Position numbers and translations under genes: made by a program. The notes under the pieces are model-generated. The model worked only from the letters and a program-made list of their open reading frames with translations. It was not told the DNA's origin and did not search any database. Positions 19,617 to 30,021 of a stretch of 64,000 nt of DNA are shown here, piece by piece. Source of the DNA: an uncultured Gemmatimonadales bacterium (GTDB taxonomy: Bacteria; Gemmatimonadota; Gemmatimonadetes; Longimicrobiales; Gaopeijiaceae); contig CAWGKG010000018.1 in the NCBI GenBank assembly GCA_963823035.1, forward strand, positions 224,001 to 288,000. The letters run 5' to 3'. Position 1 is the first letter of the stretch; every line of letters begins with the position of its first letter.

Positions 19617-21194
19617 TCAGGGGCGTCGCTTCATCTCCAGCTCGTAGAACCAGAGGTCGTCGTTGGGCACATCGAGCTTCATCTGCTCGACGGCACCCGT
19701 TCGATCGAGCACGAAGGTGGCCGTCCCCTTCCCGAACCACGCGAGGTTCTTGCGCCAGCGCAGTAGGAAGGTGTCGTACTGCAGCGGCTCGAGATCGGCG
19801 ACCAGGTCGGGGTTGGGGAGGAGGCGCAGCACGAGCTTGCCGTTCTCCAGCGATACCTCGCCGTCGCCGTACAGGTCGCCGCCGTACGTTCCGGCGTAGC
19901 CCTCGAGGGGCAGCGACGGTCTCGTGCCCGGCGACGCGGGTCTGCTCCGCCTCGTCCTGACGCGCCTCGAAGCGCGCCCGCGACGCGATCCAGTCCGGGA
20001 GGGCCTCGGCGCTCCAGTCGCGCGGCTCCCCACCCAGGTAGGCGTCGAGCACGCGGTAGACCAGCGCGGGCGCCACCCCCGTCATCGCGTTGGTCAGCAC
20101 CACGATGCCCAGATGCTCCTCCGGGACCAGCGCCACCTGCGAGTACATCCCGTCGTAGCCACCGCCGTGGCTCACGACCTTCCGGCCGCGGTAGTCCGCG
20201 AGGCTCCACCCCAGCCCGTAGCCGCGGAAGTGCGTCGTGGGATAGCGGGCCGCATAGCTCGGCGAGACTGCCAGGGGGTTGTTCACGCGCCACATCTCGC
20301 CCTGGTCCGCCGCCCGGAAGAGGGGTACCCCGTCGTACTCGCCCCCCGACGAGCTGCGCGATGAGCCAGTGCGACATGTCGTGGACGGAGGAGATGACGC
20401 CGCCCGCGGCGCCCATGGCGTCCCAGTTGTACCACCCGATCGGGACGACCTCGCCGCGCTCGTTCTTGTGCGGCGTGGCCACGTTGTCGAGGCCGTCCAG
20501 CATGCGCGTGGAGGCGACCGTCCGGGTCATCCCCAGCGGCCGGAAGAAATGCTCCGGCATGTAGTCGTGCCAGTCCTGCCCGCTCACCGCGCGCAGGACC
20601 TCTCCGGCCGCGATGAACATCAGGTTCGAGTAGCCGTACCCAGCGCGGAAGGGATACGCCTGCGGGAGGAAGCGCGCGCGACGCACGACCTCCTCGGCGC
20701 TGTAGCCGGTGCCGTACCAGAGAAGGTCCCCGGAATAGGTGCCGAGACCGCTCCGATGCGAGAGCAGATCGCGCACGCGCATCTCCTGCGTGACCCACGG
20801 ATCGTACAGGCGGAACCACGGCAGGTGGTCGATCACCCGGTCGTCCCAGGACAGCCGCCCCGCATCGACCTGTTGCGCGAGCGCGGCGACCGTGAACGCC
20901 TTCGAGTTGGAGGCGATCGCGTACAGGGTGTTCTCGTCCACGGGATCGCTGCCGCGCGCGTCGCGCACGCCGTAGCCCCGCTCGAGGACGACCTTCCCGT
21001 CCTTGACGATCGCCACGGAGAAGCCCGGCACGGGCCAGTCGCTCCGGGCCTTCGCGAAGTAGGCGTCGAGCGCGCGCACATCCGGCTGTTGTGCGCGTAG
21101 CGCCTGGCTCTGCGAAGAGCAGGAGGAGGAGGGCGAGGAACGGGCGCAGCCGGATGGAGAGTCCGGCGTCGCGGGGCGTCGTGCGACGGATCAT
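19617..21194 (-). CDS. Secreted serine hydrolase (beta-lactamase class C-like) with C-terminal DUF3471-like domain (about 3 frameshifts)
   Basis: Signal peptide, IASNSK (SxxK), LLSHRSG, YSN, HGGGYDG, YAGTY. Confidence 0.88.
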
Positions 21195-21287
21195 GGGGGA
21201 ACTCCCGGGCGGATGGGCGTCCGGAATCTACCGCCGACCGGAGCGGCGCGGTCACCGCGCCCGGGCGCTCGCGCGGGAAGGCCTCCC

Positions 21288-21303
21288 TGGCATGCCCTTT
21301 GCG
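21288..21303 (+). promoter_or_regulatory. sigma54 (-24/-12) promoter
   Basis: TGGCATGCCCTTTGCG = GG-N10-GC, matching TGGCAY-N5-TTGC. Confidence 0.6.
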
Positions 21304-21395
21304 TCTCTCACCCCGCGATCGACGCGCAGGATCGACGCCGCCCGGTCGTGTTTCCGGGCGCGCCTTGCCCTTGTTTTCGCAAAGGAGGACAACAC

Positions 21396-21785
21396 GTGCG
21401 ACGCCTGACGATGGGACTCGCCCTGGCGGCCCTGGCCGTCCTTCCGACCACACTCACCGCCCAGCAGGCGCAGAGCTCCGACAATGCGGCGGCTACGCTG
21501 CGTGCGATGGCCACGCGGCCTTCCGCCCCGCAGAGCGACCGCGCCACCGTCTCCACGTTCCTTCAGCGCGACGACGTGCGCCGCGTGGCCGGTGAGCGCG
21601 GTATCGACATGAACGCGCTCGAGAATGGTGTCGCCACCCTCGACGACGACGCGGCCGCCGACCTCGCCCAGCGCATCCGCACGGCGGACGACCAGGCGGC
21701 GCACGTGGGCGGTGACACGTTCGTGATCTCGTCCACCGTCGTGATCATCGCGCTCCTCGTGATCATCCTCGTCGTGGTGTCTTGA
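21396..21785 (+). CDS. PA2779-like small exported protein with GG motif and hydrophobic C-terminal tail
   Basis: GGAGG RBS before GTG; signal peptide; FLQRDDV..GID..VATLDD..LA helical core; VGG followed by TVVIIALLVIILVVVS. Confidence 0.75.
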   Translation: MRRLTMGLALAALAVLPTTLTAQQAQSSDNAAATLRAMATRPSAPQSDRATVSTFLQRDDVRRVAGERGIDMNALENGVATLDDDAAADLAQRIRTADDQAAHVGGDTFVISSTVVIIALLVIILVVVS

Positions 21786-23716
21786 CCCCGACCACCCTCG
21801 GCGTCCTGGCCGCCGGCCTGGCGATCGCCGGGCCGGCGCCGGAGGCGCTCCATCCGCTTCCCGATTCCCTCCCTGGACGCGTAGGGATCGAGGTTCCCTT
21901 CGTACCGCAGGGCCCGCTCCTCTGCGGCGGTGCCGCCGCCGCGATGGTGGAGCGCTTCTGGGGTGCGCGCGGGGTCTACGCCGAGGACTTCTCGCGGCTC
22001 GTGCGCCCCCGAGAGGACGGCATCCGCGGACGCGCGCTCGCCGCCGCGCTGGATCGCCGCGGCTATGTCACACGCATACACCAGGACGATCCTTCCGTCC
22101 TCTCCGCGACGCTCGCTGCCGGCGTCCCGCTCATCGTGCTCCTCGACGCCGACGGACGGTCCCTGCACTACGTGGTCGTCGTGGGCCTCGACGACACGTC
22201 CGCCTGGATCCACGACCCCGCCCGAGGACCCTCACGACGCCTGCCGCGCAGTGAGCTGCTCAGCCGTTGGGCCGAGGCCGACGACTGGGCCCTGGTGGTG
22301 CGTCCCGACCACCACCCCGATGGCGACACGCCACCACGCGACACGTCAGCCGCGGCGAGCGACGACGCCACGTCGGGCGCGAGCGCGTCGCCCCCGGCAC
22401 CACCGTCACCCCTCCTGCAGGAGGGTATCGCCTATCTGAGAGCCCGGAACTACGCCGCAGCGCGGACCGCCGCCCGGCTCGCCCTCGAGCGGGACCGGTC
22501 CCAGCCCCTGGCCTGGCAGCTGCTCGCGACGGCGCGTTACCTCGACGGCGAGCGCGTAGGAGCGCTCCGCGCGTGGAACCGCGTGGGCGAGCCCCGCCTC
22601 GACCTCCTCGTTCTCCAGGGGCTGCAGAGCAACCGAGATCCGGTCGTGCGCGGTGCCCTCGGCCTGCGGCACGAACGGGTGCTCACGCCCCACGACTTCC
22701 GGCTCGCCGAGCGCCGGCTGGGCGCCGTCCCGGCGCTTGCCGCGAGCCGGCTGGACTACAGCACCCTCCCGGACGGCTCCGTGGAGGCCACGGCCCACAC
22801 CCTCGAACGGCCCCGGTGGCCCACGGGCCGCCTGGCGCTCGCGTCCGCCGCGGCCGAAGCGGCCTTCGACCGTCGCACCACGCTGAGCGCCGGTCCGTTC
22901 CTGGGTGCCGGCGACCGCGCCACCGTAGCCGCCCAGTGGGACCCCGCCCTCGCCGTCGCACGTCTGCAGTTGCGCACGCTCGCGCCGCCCCTTCCGGGCG
23001 TCGTGGGGGTTACGCTGGACTGGCGGCGGATGCGCGCCACATCGGGCGACGCCGAGACCCGTTGGGACGAGCGGATCCACGCCGGGATGGAGCTGCGACA
23101 GTGGATCCACCCCGCCCTGCGTGTCGACGCGGGCGCGGGGCTCGACCGATGGGTGGGGCTCGGAAGGCTCGCGACCGCCTGTCTCGGGCTCCGTCTGGCC
23201 GTCGCCGGGGACCGGCTGATTGTCGGCACGCGCGGCGAGGCGTGGCGGGGGGCGGGAGCCTCCTTCGGACGCGCGTCGTTGCGGGTGAAGGGGCGGCTGG
23301 CGCGTGGAGCGAGCCGGGAGTGGCGCCTGGACGCCGGTGTGGCGGGCGCCACCGAGTCCGCGCCCCCGCTCGCCTGGTGGTCCGCGGAAACGGGCCGGCT
23401 GGGCGACGTGCTCCTGCGCGGCCATCCGGCCGTTCGGGACGACGCGGTCGCGGGGCCTGCCTTCGGACGCGGGCTCGCGCACGCCTCGGTCGAGCACGTG
23501 GTACTCCGCCGTCTCGGTCCGGCCCGTGCCGGCGCGGCCCTCTTCCTCGACGCCGCGAGGGCGTGGCACACGCCCAGGGCGCGGCGTACGCCGGTGTACG
23601 TCGACATCGGGACCGGCCTGCGCGTCGAACTCGGGGGGCGCCTGCTACGCCTGGACGTCGCACGCGGCGAAAGGTCGTGGGTCCTGTCCGCGCAGGCGGG
23701 CGCTTCGATCAACTGA
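21782..23716 (+). CDS. C39-like cysteine peptidase fused to a TPR segment and a putative POTRA/beta-barrel region
   Basis: VPFVPQ..LCGGAAAAMV, HYVVVVG and IHDP catalytic motifs; helical TPR-like segment; C-terminal alternating beta-strands. Confidence 0.7.
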   Translation: MTPTTLGVLAAGLAIAGPAPEALHPLPDSLPGRVGIEVPFVPQGPLLCGGAAAAMVERFWGARGVYAEDFSRLVRPREDGIRGRALAAALDRRGYVTRIHQDDPSVLSATLAAGVPLIVLLDADGRSLHYVVVVGLDDTSAWIHDPARGPSRRLPRSELLSRWAEADDWALVVRPDHHPDGDTPPRDTSAAASDDATSGASASPPAPPSPLLQEGIAYLRARNYAAARTAARLALERDRSQPLAWQLLATARYLDGERVGALRAWNRVGEPRLDLLVLQGLQSNRDPVVRGALGLRHERVLTPHDFRLAERRLGAVPALAASRLDYSTLPDGSVEATAHTLERPRWPTGRLALASAAAEAAFDRRTTLSAGPFLGAGDRATVAAQWDPALAVARLQLRTLAPPLPGVVGVTLDWRRMRATSGDAETRWDERIHAGMELRQWIHPALRVDAGAGLDRWVGLGRLATACLGLRLAVAGDRLIVGTRGEAWRGAGASFGRASLRVKGRLARGASREWRLDAGVAGATESAPPLAWWSAETGRLGDVLLRGHPAVRDDAVAGPAFGRGLAHASVEHVVLRRLGPARAGAALFLDAARAWHTPRARRTPVYVDIGTGLRVELGGRLLRLDVARGERSWVLSAQAGASIN

Positions 23717-23737
23717 CTGACCCGGGCGTGGTCCGCC

Positions 23738-25097
23738 CTACAGCCCGAAGAGCCTCAGGAAGTCGTTGGACAGCGCCCAGAGCATGATGCCCATCACGAT
23801 CAGGAAGCCCACGTTGCTCCAGCGCAGCCGCTGCTCCACCGACAGGGCCCGGCCGCGCACGGCCTCGATGCCCAGGAAGAGGAGGTGCCCGCCATCGAGC
23901 ACCGGGATGGGCAGGAGGTTCAGGATCGCGAGGTTCACGCTGAAGAGCGCCATGAACTGCAGAAACTGGTCGATCCCGGCGCGCACCGCGGTTCCCGAGG
24001 CCTCGCCGATCGTGACGATCGAGCCCACGGAGCGTGGCGACACCCCGCCGGTGACCAGATCGCGGAGGAAGCCGAGGATCATCCCGGTCACGCCGACGGT
24101 CTGGCGATAGCCCGCCACCACGGCATCGCCGATCGAGACAGGCTCGTACGCCATGATCCGGTCGAGCGGCGGATAGATCCCGACCTTGCCCACCTCCTTC
24201 CTCGTCCCGTCGGGCTGCTCCTCCTCGACCGCGTCCAGGGTGACGGGGCGGATCAGCTCCCCCCCGTCGCGGACGCAGGGTGAGGTCCACGCGCTCGCCG
24301 GGCCGTGCCTCGACGAGAGCCCGGAAGTCGTACCAGCTGTCCACCTTGACGCCGTTCACGGAGACGATCTCGTCCCCCTCCTTCAGACCGGCCTTGTCGG
24401 CGGGCGATCCCGGATTCACGATGCCGACCGCGGCGTCCAGCCCATAGCCGATGGCCTGGATCACGTGCCGACGGGCCTCCTCGTCCGCGGGGAGATCGAT
24501 CCTCAGCGTGTCCGCCGGATCGGACACGATCACGTCGGTCGGGCCCGGCGTGCCGGCGTACAGGCCCTCCTCGACGTCGCCCCAGTCCTCGATCGCGAGG
24601 TCGCCGATGCGCACGATATGGGAGCCCGGCTGGATCCGTGCGAGCGCGTCCGTGCCCGGTGGAAGGAGCGCGGCGTCGACCTGCCCGACCCGCGTCGTGT
24701 CGATCTTCGGGAATCCCCAGTGCGCGTACACGAAGGTGTAGACGGCGAAGGCGAAGATCATGTTCATGATCACGCCCGCGGAGATCACGAACGTGCGCGC
24801 CCAGATCGGCTTGGCGTCGAAGTCGCGCGGTCCGGGCACGCGCTCGGACCCCGCGGCGCCGCCCTCGAGGCGCTCCATGACCTCGTCGTCCATCCCGCCC
24901 ATCTTCACGTAGCCCCCGAGGGGGATCGCGCTGAGGACGTACTCGGTCTCGCCCCTCTTGAGGCCGAGGAGCTTGGGGCCGAGGCCGATGGAGAAGCGCT
25001 GCACCTCGACGCCCACGGCCTTCGCCGCGGCGAAGTGGCCGAGCTCGTGCACGAAGATGAGCACGCCGAGCACGATGATTGTCGCGAGAATGGTCAT
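23738..25097 (-). CDS. rseP: RIP metalloprotease RseP (frameshift near 24270)
   Basis: HELGH, PLGGYVKM, PDZ GSPADKAGL, NLLPIPVLDGG. Confidence 0.93.
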
Positions 25098-26266
25098 GCG
25101 GTCGTCTCTGTACGGACACGTTCGAGCCGCTCCACGGCGGCGAGCGCGAATCGGCGTGCCGCCGCATCGGCGGCCAAGACGTCCTCGACGGCGTGGACCT
25201 CGTGCGTGCCCACGCCTTCCAGGGCGGCCGATACCACGTCCGCCATCTCCGGGAAGCGAACCCTCTCCTCGAGAAACGCCTGGACGGCGATCTCGTTCCC
25301 CGCGTTGTACACCGCCGCGGCGCATCCGCCCCGGCGGCCGGCCTCCACGCCCAGCCCGAAGAGGGGGAACGACGCGTGGTCGATCGCCTCGAAGGTGAGC
25401 GGCGAAGCCTTCACCGGATCGTACGTCCTCAGGGCGCCGTCCTCCACCCTCTCCGGATAGCTCAACGCGTACAGGATCGGAAGCTCCATCGTCGGGAAAC
25501 CCATCTGCGCCAGCACCGATCCGTCCACGAACTCGACGAACGAATGCACGATCGACTGGGGATGGACCACGGCGCCGATCCGGTCGTACCCGAAGCCGTA
25601 GAGGAAGTGCGCCTCGATCACCTCGAGGGCCTTGTTCGCCAACGTCGCCGAGTCCACGGTGATCTTCGCGCCCATGTCCCAGGTGGGATGGTTGAGCGCC
25701 TCGGAAGGGCGTACGTGCAGGAGCGCTTCCGGGTTCCGTCCCCGGAACGGGCCGCCGGACGCCGTGAGCGTGATGCGTGCCACGGCGGCGCGGTCGTAGC
25801 CCTCCAGGCACTGGAGGATCGCGCTGTGCTCGGAGTCGATGGGCACGATCTCCGCCCCGCCCCGCCCCGCCGCCTGGAGCACGAGCGGGCCGCCGGCCAC
25901 CAGCGACTCCTTGTTCGCGAGCGCGAGCCGGTGCCCGGCCTCCAGAGCCAACAGGGTGGGCTCGAGCCCCGCGGAGCCCACGAGCGCGTTCACGACCACG
26001 TCCACGCCGGAGAGCGCCGCCGCCTCGAGCACGGCGCCGCGCCCCCTCCGCCACTCGGTGCCCCCGCCCGACGCCGGTAGCGTCACGCCCGGGTCGCCGA
26101 CCACGGCCAGCTTCGGACGGAAATGCTCCACCAGGGCTGCGAGGTCGTCGACGCGTCGGCGCGACGTGAGGGCGACCACCTCGAAGCGGCCGGGATGCCG
26201 CGACACGACCTTCAGCGTGCTGCGGCCGATCGAGCCGGTGGCGCCGAGCACCGCGACGCGGATCAC
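25094..26266 (-). CDS. dxr: 1-deoxy-D-xylulose 5-phosphate reductoisomerase
   Basis: LGATGSIG, LANKESLV, PIDSEHSA, LTASGGPF, HPTWDMGAKITVDSAT. Confidence 0.97.
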   Translation of the reverse strand: MIRVAVLGATGSIGRSTLKVVSRHPGRFEVVALTSRRRVDDLAALVEHFRPKLAVVGDPGVTLPASGGGTEWRRGRGAVLEAAALSGVDVVVNALVGSAGLEPTLLALEAGHRLALANKESLVAGGPLVLQAAGRGGAEIVPIDSEHSAILQCLEGYDRAAVARITLTASGGPFRGRNPEALLHVRPSEALNHPTWDMGAKITVDSATLANKALEVIEAHFLYGFGYDRIGAVVHPQSIVHSFVEFVDGSVLAQMGFPTMELPILYALSYPERVEDGALRTYDPVKASPLTFEAIDHASFPLFGLGVEAGRRGGCAAAVYNAGNEIAVQAFLEERVRFPEMADVVSAALEGVGTHEVHAVEDVLAADAAARRFALAAVERLERVRTETTA

Positions 26267-27145
26267 GACAGCACCTCCGCTACCCGGAGCACCACGTAGG
26301 CCAGCGGGAAGGTGTAGGTCAGCGCGTCCAGGCGATCCAGCACGCCCCCGTGCCCGCGGAGGAGCTTCCCTGAGTCCTTCACGCCCGCCTCGCGCTTGAG
26401 GAGCGACTCTGCGAGGTCGCCGAGGATGGCGCCGACACCGAGGAGCGCACCCGTGGCGGCGAAGGCGACCCACCCGTCGAACGGCAGCCCGGGTAGGGTG
26501 TCCCTGCAGATGAAGTACCAGCGCGACGCCCGCCGCCGCGGCGCCGGCGATTCCCGCCCACGCCCCGACCCAGCTCTTCTTCGGACTCACCGAAGGGAAG
26601 AGCTTCGCGCGCCCCCACGCCGTCCCGAAGAAGTACGCCGCGCCGTCACCCACCCACGTGGCGGCCAGAGGGAGGGCGACGGCCATCGCGCCGGTCCAGG
26701 GCGATCCGGTCACGGGGCCCCACCCCATACGATCCGGGAGGTCGTAGAGGAGCAGCGCGAACGCAAGCGGAAGCCCCGCGTAGGCCGATCCCAGCACCGT
26801 CACCGAAACCGCGGGCAACGGGTGTCCCTTGGGTCCGCGCAGCCAGAGCGCAAGGGTCAGGGCGGCCACGCCGAGACCGATGAGCAGGCCGAGGAGGAGC
26901 GGCGCGGCGCTCGCGTAGTCGGTACGCGCCACGGCCACGAGCGGGGCCGCCGCCGCCACGGGCATGCCCAGCCAGCTCAGCGGGCGGATGCCCTTCGTCT
27001 CCGCGAGCCGATACGCCTCGCCGGCCCCCAGGAAAGCGAACACCGCGAGGAAGGCGCCCAGGTACCACCCCCCCACGTACAGGAGGCCGAGGACCGCCGG
27101 AATGCCGACCGCGGCGACGGCGATGCGGGATCCGAGGTCCTTCAC
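26263..27145 (-). CDS. cdsA: Phosphatidate cytidylyltransferase (frameshifts near 26520 and 26360)
   Basis: [14 protein letters not shown], then [14 protein letters not shown] and GVLDRLD in other frames; synteny. Confidence 0.9.
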
Positions 27146-27886
27146 GGGGCGGAGACGCGCCCGAACCGCCGCTCCCGACGTTGGTAGTCGGCCACCGCCT
27201 CGAAGAGCTGCGCCCGATCGAAGTCGGGCCAGAGCACGGGCGTGATGTGCAACTCCGTGTAGGCGAGCTGCCAGAGGAGGAAGTTGCTGATGCGGTACTC
27301 CCCGGACGTGCGGATGAGGAGGTCGGGGTCGGGCAGGTCGGCCGTGAACAACATCGAATGGAAGAGCGTCTTCGTCGATGTCCTCCGGGAGGGTCTCCCC
27401 CGCCACGGCGCGGCGCGCCAGCTCGCGGGCGGCGCGTACGATCTCCTCTCGCCCTCCGTAGGAGATCATGAGGTTGAGGCGCAGCGTCCGGCCCCCGCGC
27501 GTGCCGTCGACGATCGTGTCGATCGCACGGCGGGTGGCGTCGTCGACGCGGTCGAGCTCGCCCAGCACGTAGACCTCTACGCCCTGGCGCTTGAGCTCCG
27601 CCAGCTCCTTGCGCGCGTAGAGCTGGAGCAGGGCCATGAGCGCGGTCACCTCACGCGGCGGGCGCTGCCAGTTCTCGGTGGAGAAGGCGAAGAGCGTCAG
27701 GATCTCGATGCCCACGTCCACGGCGCCCTCGATGGCCTCCCGCACCGCCTTCATCCCCTCGCGGTGGCCACGGTACCGCGGAAGGTCCCGCTGGCGAGCC
27801 CATCGCCCGTTCCCGTCCATGATGATGGCCACGTGCCGGGGCACGTCGCCGTTCAGGCGGATCCGGTCCAGCAGCTCGGACGACAT
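27142..27886 (-). CDS. uppS: Undecaprenyl diphosphate synthase (frameshift near 27357)
   Basis: [42 protein letters not shown]. Confidence 0.95.
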
Positions 27887-27900
27887 GGCCTGGAGTCCCG

Positions 27901-28452
27901 CTAGAGCGCCAGGACTTCCTCTTCCTTGTGCTTGAGAAGCTCGTCGATCTTCTCGGTGTACTCGTGCGTCAGCTTCTCGAGAGCGTCCTCGCGCTTGTGG
28001 CCCTCGTCCTCGCCGATCTCGTGGTCCTTCACCTTCTGGTGCAGCTCGTCGCGGACGATGCGGCGCGCGTGGCGGATCGAGACCCGGCCCTCCTCGGCCA
28101 TCTTGTGCAGGAGCTTCACGTACTCCTTGCGCCGCTCCTCGTTCAGGGGAGGGATCGGCACGCGGATGACGTTGCCGTCGTTGCCCGGGTTCAGCCCCAG
28201 GTCCGCGGCCTGGATGGCCTTCTCCACGGCGCCCATCAACGTCTTGTCGAACGGCTGCACCACGAGCAGGCTGGGCTCAGGCGTGTGGATCGTGGCCACC
28301 TGATTGATGGGCATCTTCGAGCCGTAGGCGTCCACCCGGACGGTGTCCAGGAGGGCGGGCGTCGCCTTGCCCGTTCGGACCGAGGCGAACTCCCTGCGCA
28401 TGGCTTCGAGCGCTTCTTCCATCCGCCGTTTGGCGTCTTCCACCGTGCTCAT
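27901..28452 (-). CDS. frr: Ribosome recycling factor
   Basis: RTGKATP, LGLNP, IPPLNEERR. Confidence 0.97.
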   Translation of the reverse strand: MSTVEDAKRRMEEALEAMRREFASVRTGKATPALLDTVRVDAYGSKMPINQVATIHTPEPSLLVVQPFDKTLMGAVEKAIQAADLGLNPGNDGNVIRVPIPPLNEERRKEYVKLLHKMAEEGRVSIRHARRIVRDELHQKVKDHEIGEDEGHKREDALEKLTHEYTEKIDELLKHKEEEVLAL

Positions 28453-28494
28453 GATCTCTCCGGGTGTCTTTCGGGAAACCGCCGTGGAGAACCC

Positions 28495-29220
28495 TCAGGA
28501 TACAAGCGTGCCCACCCGCTCACCACGGATGGCCGCGGCCACGGCGCCGCGCTCCTCCAGGTTGAGCACGATGATGGGCAAACCGTTCTCCTTGCAGAGC
28601 GAAACGGCCGCCGCGTCCATCACACCGAGCTCCTTCGCCATCACCTCCTGGAAGGTCACCGTGGGGAGGAAGGTGGCGTCCGGGTCCTTGTGGGGATCCG
28701 CGGTGAACACGCCCTGCACCTTCGTGGCCTTGATGACGACGTCCGACTCCATCTCGATGGCGCGCAGCACCGCCGCCGTGTCGGTCGAAAAATAGGGATT
28801 GCCGGTGCCGCCGGCGAAGATCACGACCATCCCCTTCTCCATGTGCCGCATGGCGCGACGCCGGATATAGGGCTCCGCGATCTCCTCCATGCGAATCGCG
28901 GTCAGGACGCGGGTCTCGACGCCCTTGTGCTCCAGGAGGTCCTGCACCGCCAGGGCGTTGATGACCGTGGCGAGCATCCCCATGTAGTCGGCCTGCACGC
29001 GGTCCATCCCCTGGCGGGACGCGATCGCGCCGCGGACGATGTTGCCGCCGCCGATCACCACGCCGAGCGAGACGCCCATCTCCGTGATGGAGCGGATCTC
29101 GTCCGTCAGCCGATCCACGACCTTCGGCTCGATGCCGAAGCCACGATCTCCGGCGAGCGCTTCACCGGACAACTTGAGGAGGACCCGCCGGTATTTCGTC
29201 CCGGACGTGGGGTCGCTCAT
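28495..29220 (-). CDS. pyrH: UMP kinase
   Basis: LLKLSGEAL, GGGNIVRG, DYMGMLAT, GNPYFSTD. Confidence 0.97.
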   Translation of the reverse strand: MSDPTSGTKYRRVLLKLSGEALAGDRGFGIEPKVVDRLTDEIRSITEMGVSLGVVIGGGNIVRGAIASRQGMDRVQADYMGMLATVINALAVQDLLEHKGVETRVLTAIRMEEIAEPYIRRRAMRHMEKGMVVIFAGGTGNPYFSTDTAAVLRAIEMESDVVIKATKVQGVFTADPHKDPDATFLPTVTFQEVMAKELGVMDAAAVSLCKENGLPIIVLNLEERGAVAAAIRGERVGTLVS

Positions 29221-29243
29221 GGGCAGTCTGCCTCCTGGGTGGG

Positions 29244-29846
29244 TCAGCGCTCTCCGACCTTGAAGCGCATGAAGCGCGCGACCTGGATCTTCTCGCCGGT
29301 CTTGCCCACGACGTCCGTCACGAGCTGCTCGATCGTCTTGTCGGGGTCCTTCACGAAGGGCTGCGCCAGCAGGGTGTTCTCCTTGAAGAACTTCTGCATC
29401 TTGCCCTCCACGATCTTCGCCGCGATCGCCTCGGGCTTGCCCTCCTCCTTCACCTGCTCCTCGAAGACGCGGCGCTCGCGCTCCACCACCTCGGCGGGGA
29501 TGTCGTCCGGGGACACGGCCAGCGGCGCGGCGGACGCGATGTGGAGCGCGAGGTCCTTCGCGAGCGCCTTGAAGTCGTCGGTGTTCGCGACGAAGTCGGT
29601 CTCGCAGTTCACCTCCACCATCACGGCCGTCTTGCCGTCGAAGTGGACGTAGCTGCCGATGACGCCCTGGTTCGCCGCCTTCTCGGCGCGCTTCGCGGCC
29701 TTGGCGGCGCCCCTGGCACGCAGGTGGTCGATCGCCTTCTCCAGGTCACCGCCGGTCTCGGCAAGGGCCTTCTTGCAGTCCATCATCCCCGCGCCCGTCA
29801 TGTCGCGGAGCTTCTTCACGTCCTGGGCACTGATCGTCGTCGTCAT
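29244..29846 (-). CDS. tsf: Elongation factor Ts (short, ~200 aa form)
   Basis: LRDMTGAGMMDCKKAL, EVNCETDFVA. Confidence 0.96.
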   Translation of the reverse strand: MTTTISAQDVKKLRDMTGAGMMDCKKALAETGGDLEKAIDHLRARGAAKAAKRAEKAANQGVIGSYVHFDGKTAVMVEVNCETDFVANTDDFKALAKDLALHIASAAPLAVSPDDIPAEVVERERRVFEEQVKEEGKPEAIAAKIVEGKMQKFFKENTLLAQPFVKDPDKTIEQLVTDVVGKTGEKIQVARFMRFKVGER

Positions 29847-29900
29847 GGGTCGATCCGTCGTGTCGTTCATCCGTACCGCGGCAGCGCGCCGCGGGCCCAC

Positions 29901-29950
29901 GAAAAGAGGCGGAGCCGTCGGGGCCGAAGCCCCGTCGCCGCTGCCGCCTC
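29901..29950 (-). terminator. Terminator/attenuator-like hairpin between rpsB and tsf
   Basis: Minus strand GAGGCGG...GGGGC-TTCG-GCCCC...CCGCCTC followed by TTTT. Confidence 0.55.
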
Positions 29951-30021
29951 CTGTGCTCACCCGGGCCTTCGGCGCAGACGAGCGTCCGTCCTCCTCCTGG
30001 CCCGGCCCAGCCGGAAAGCGC

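Noticed and set aside
25094..27886. 930-aa apparent UppS-CdsA-Dxr fusion
   Set aside because: Artefact of indels: each gene's C-terminus and stop codon are recoverable in other frames, with normal 4-nt overlaps
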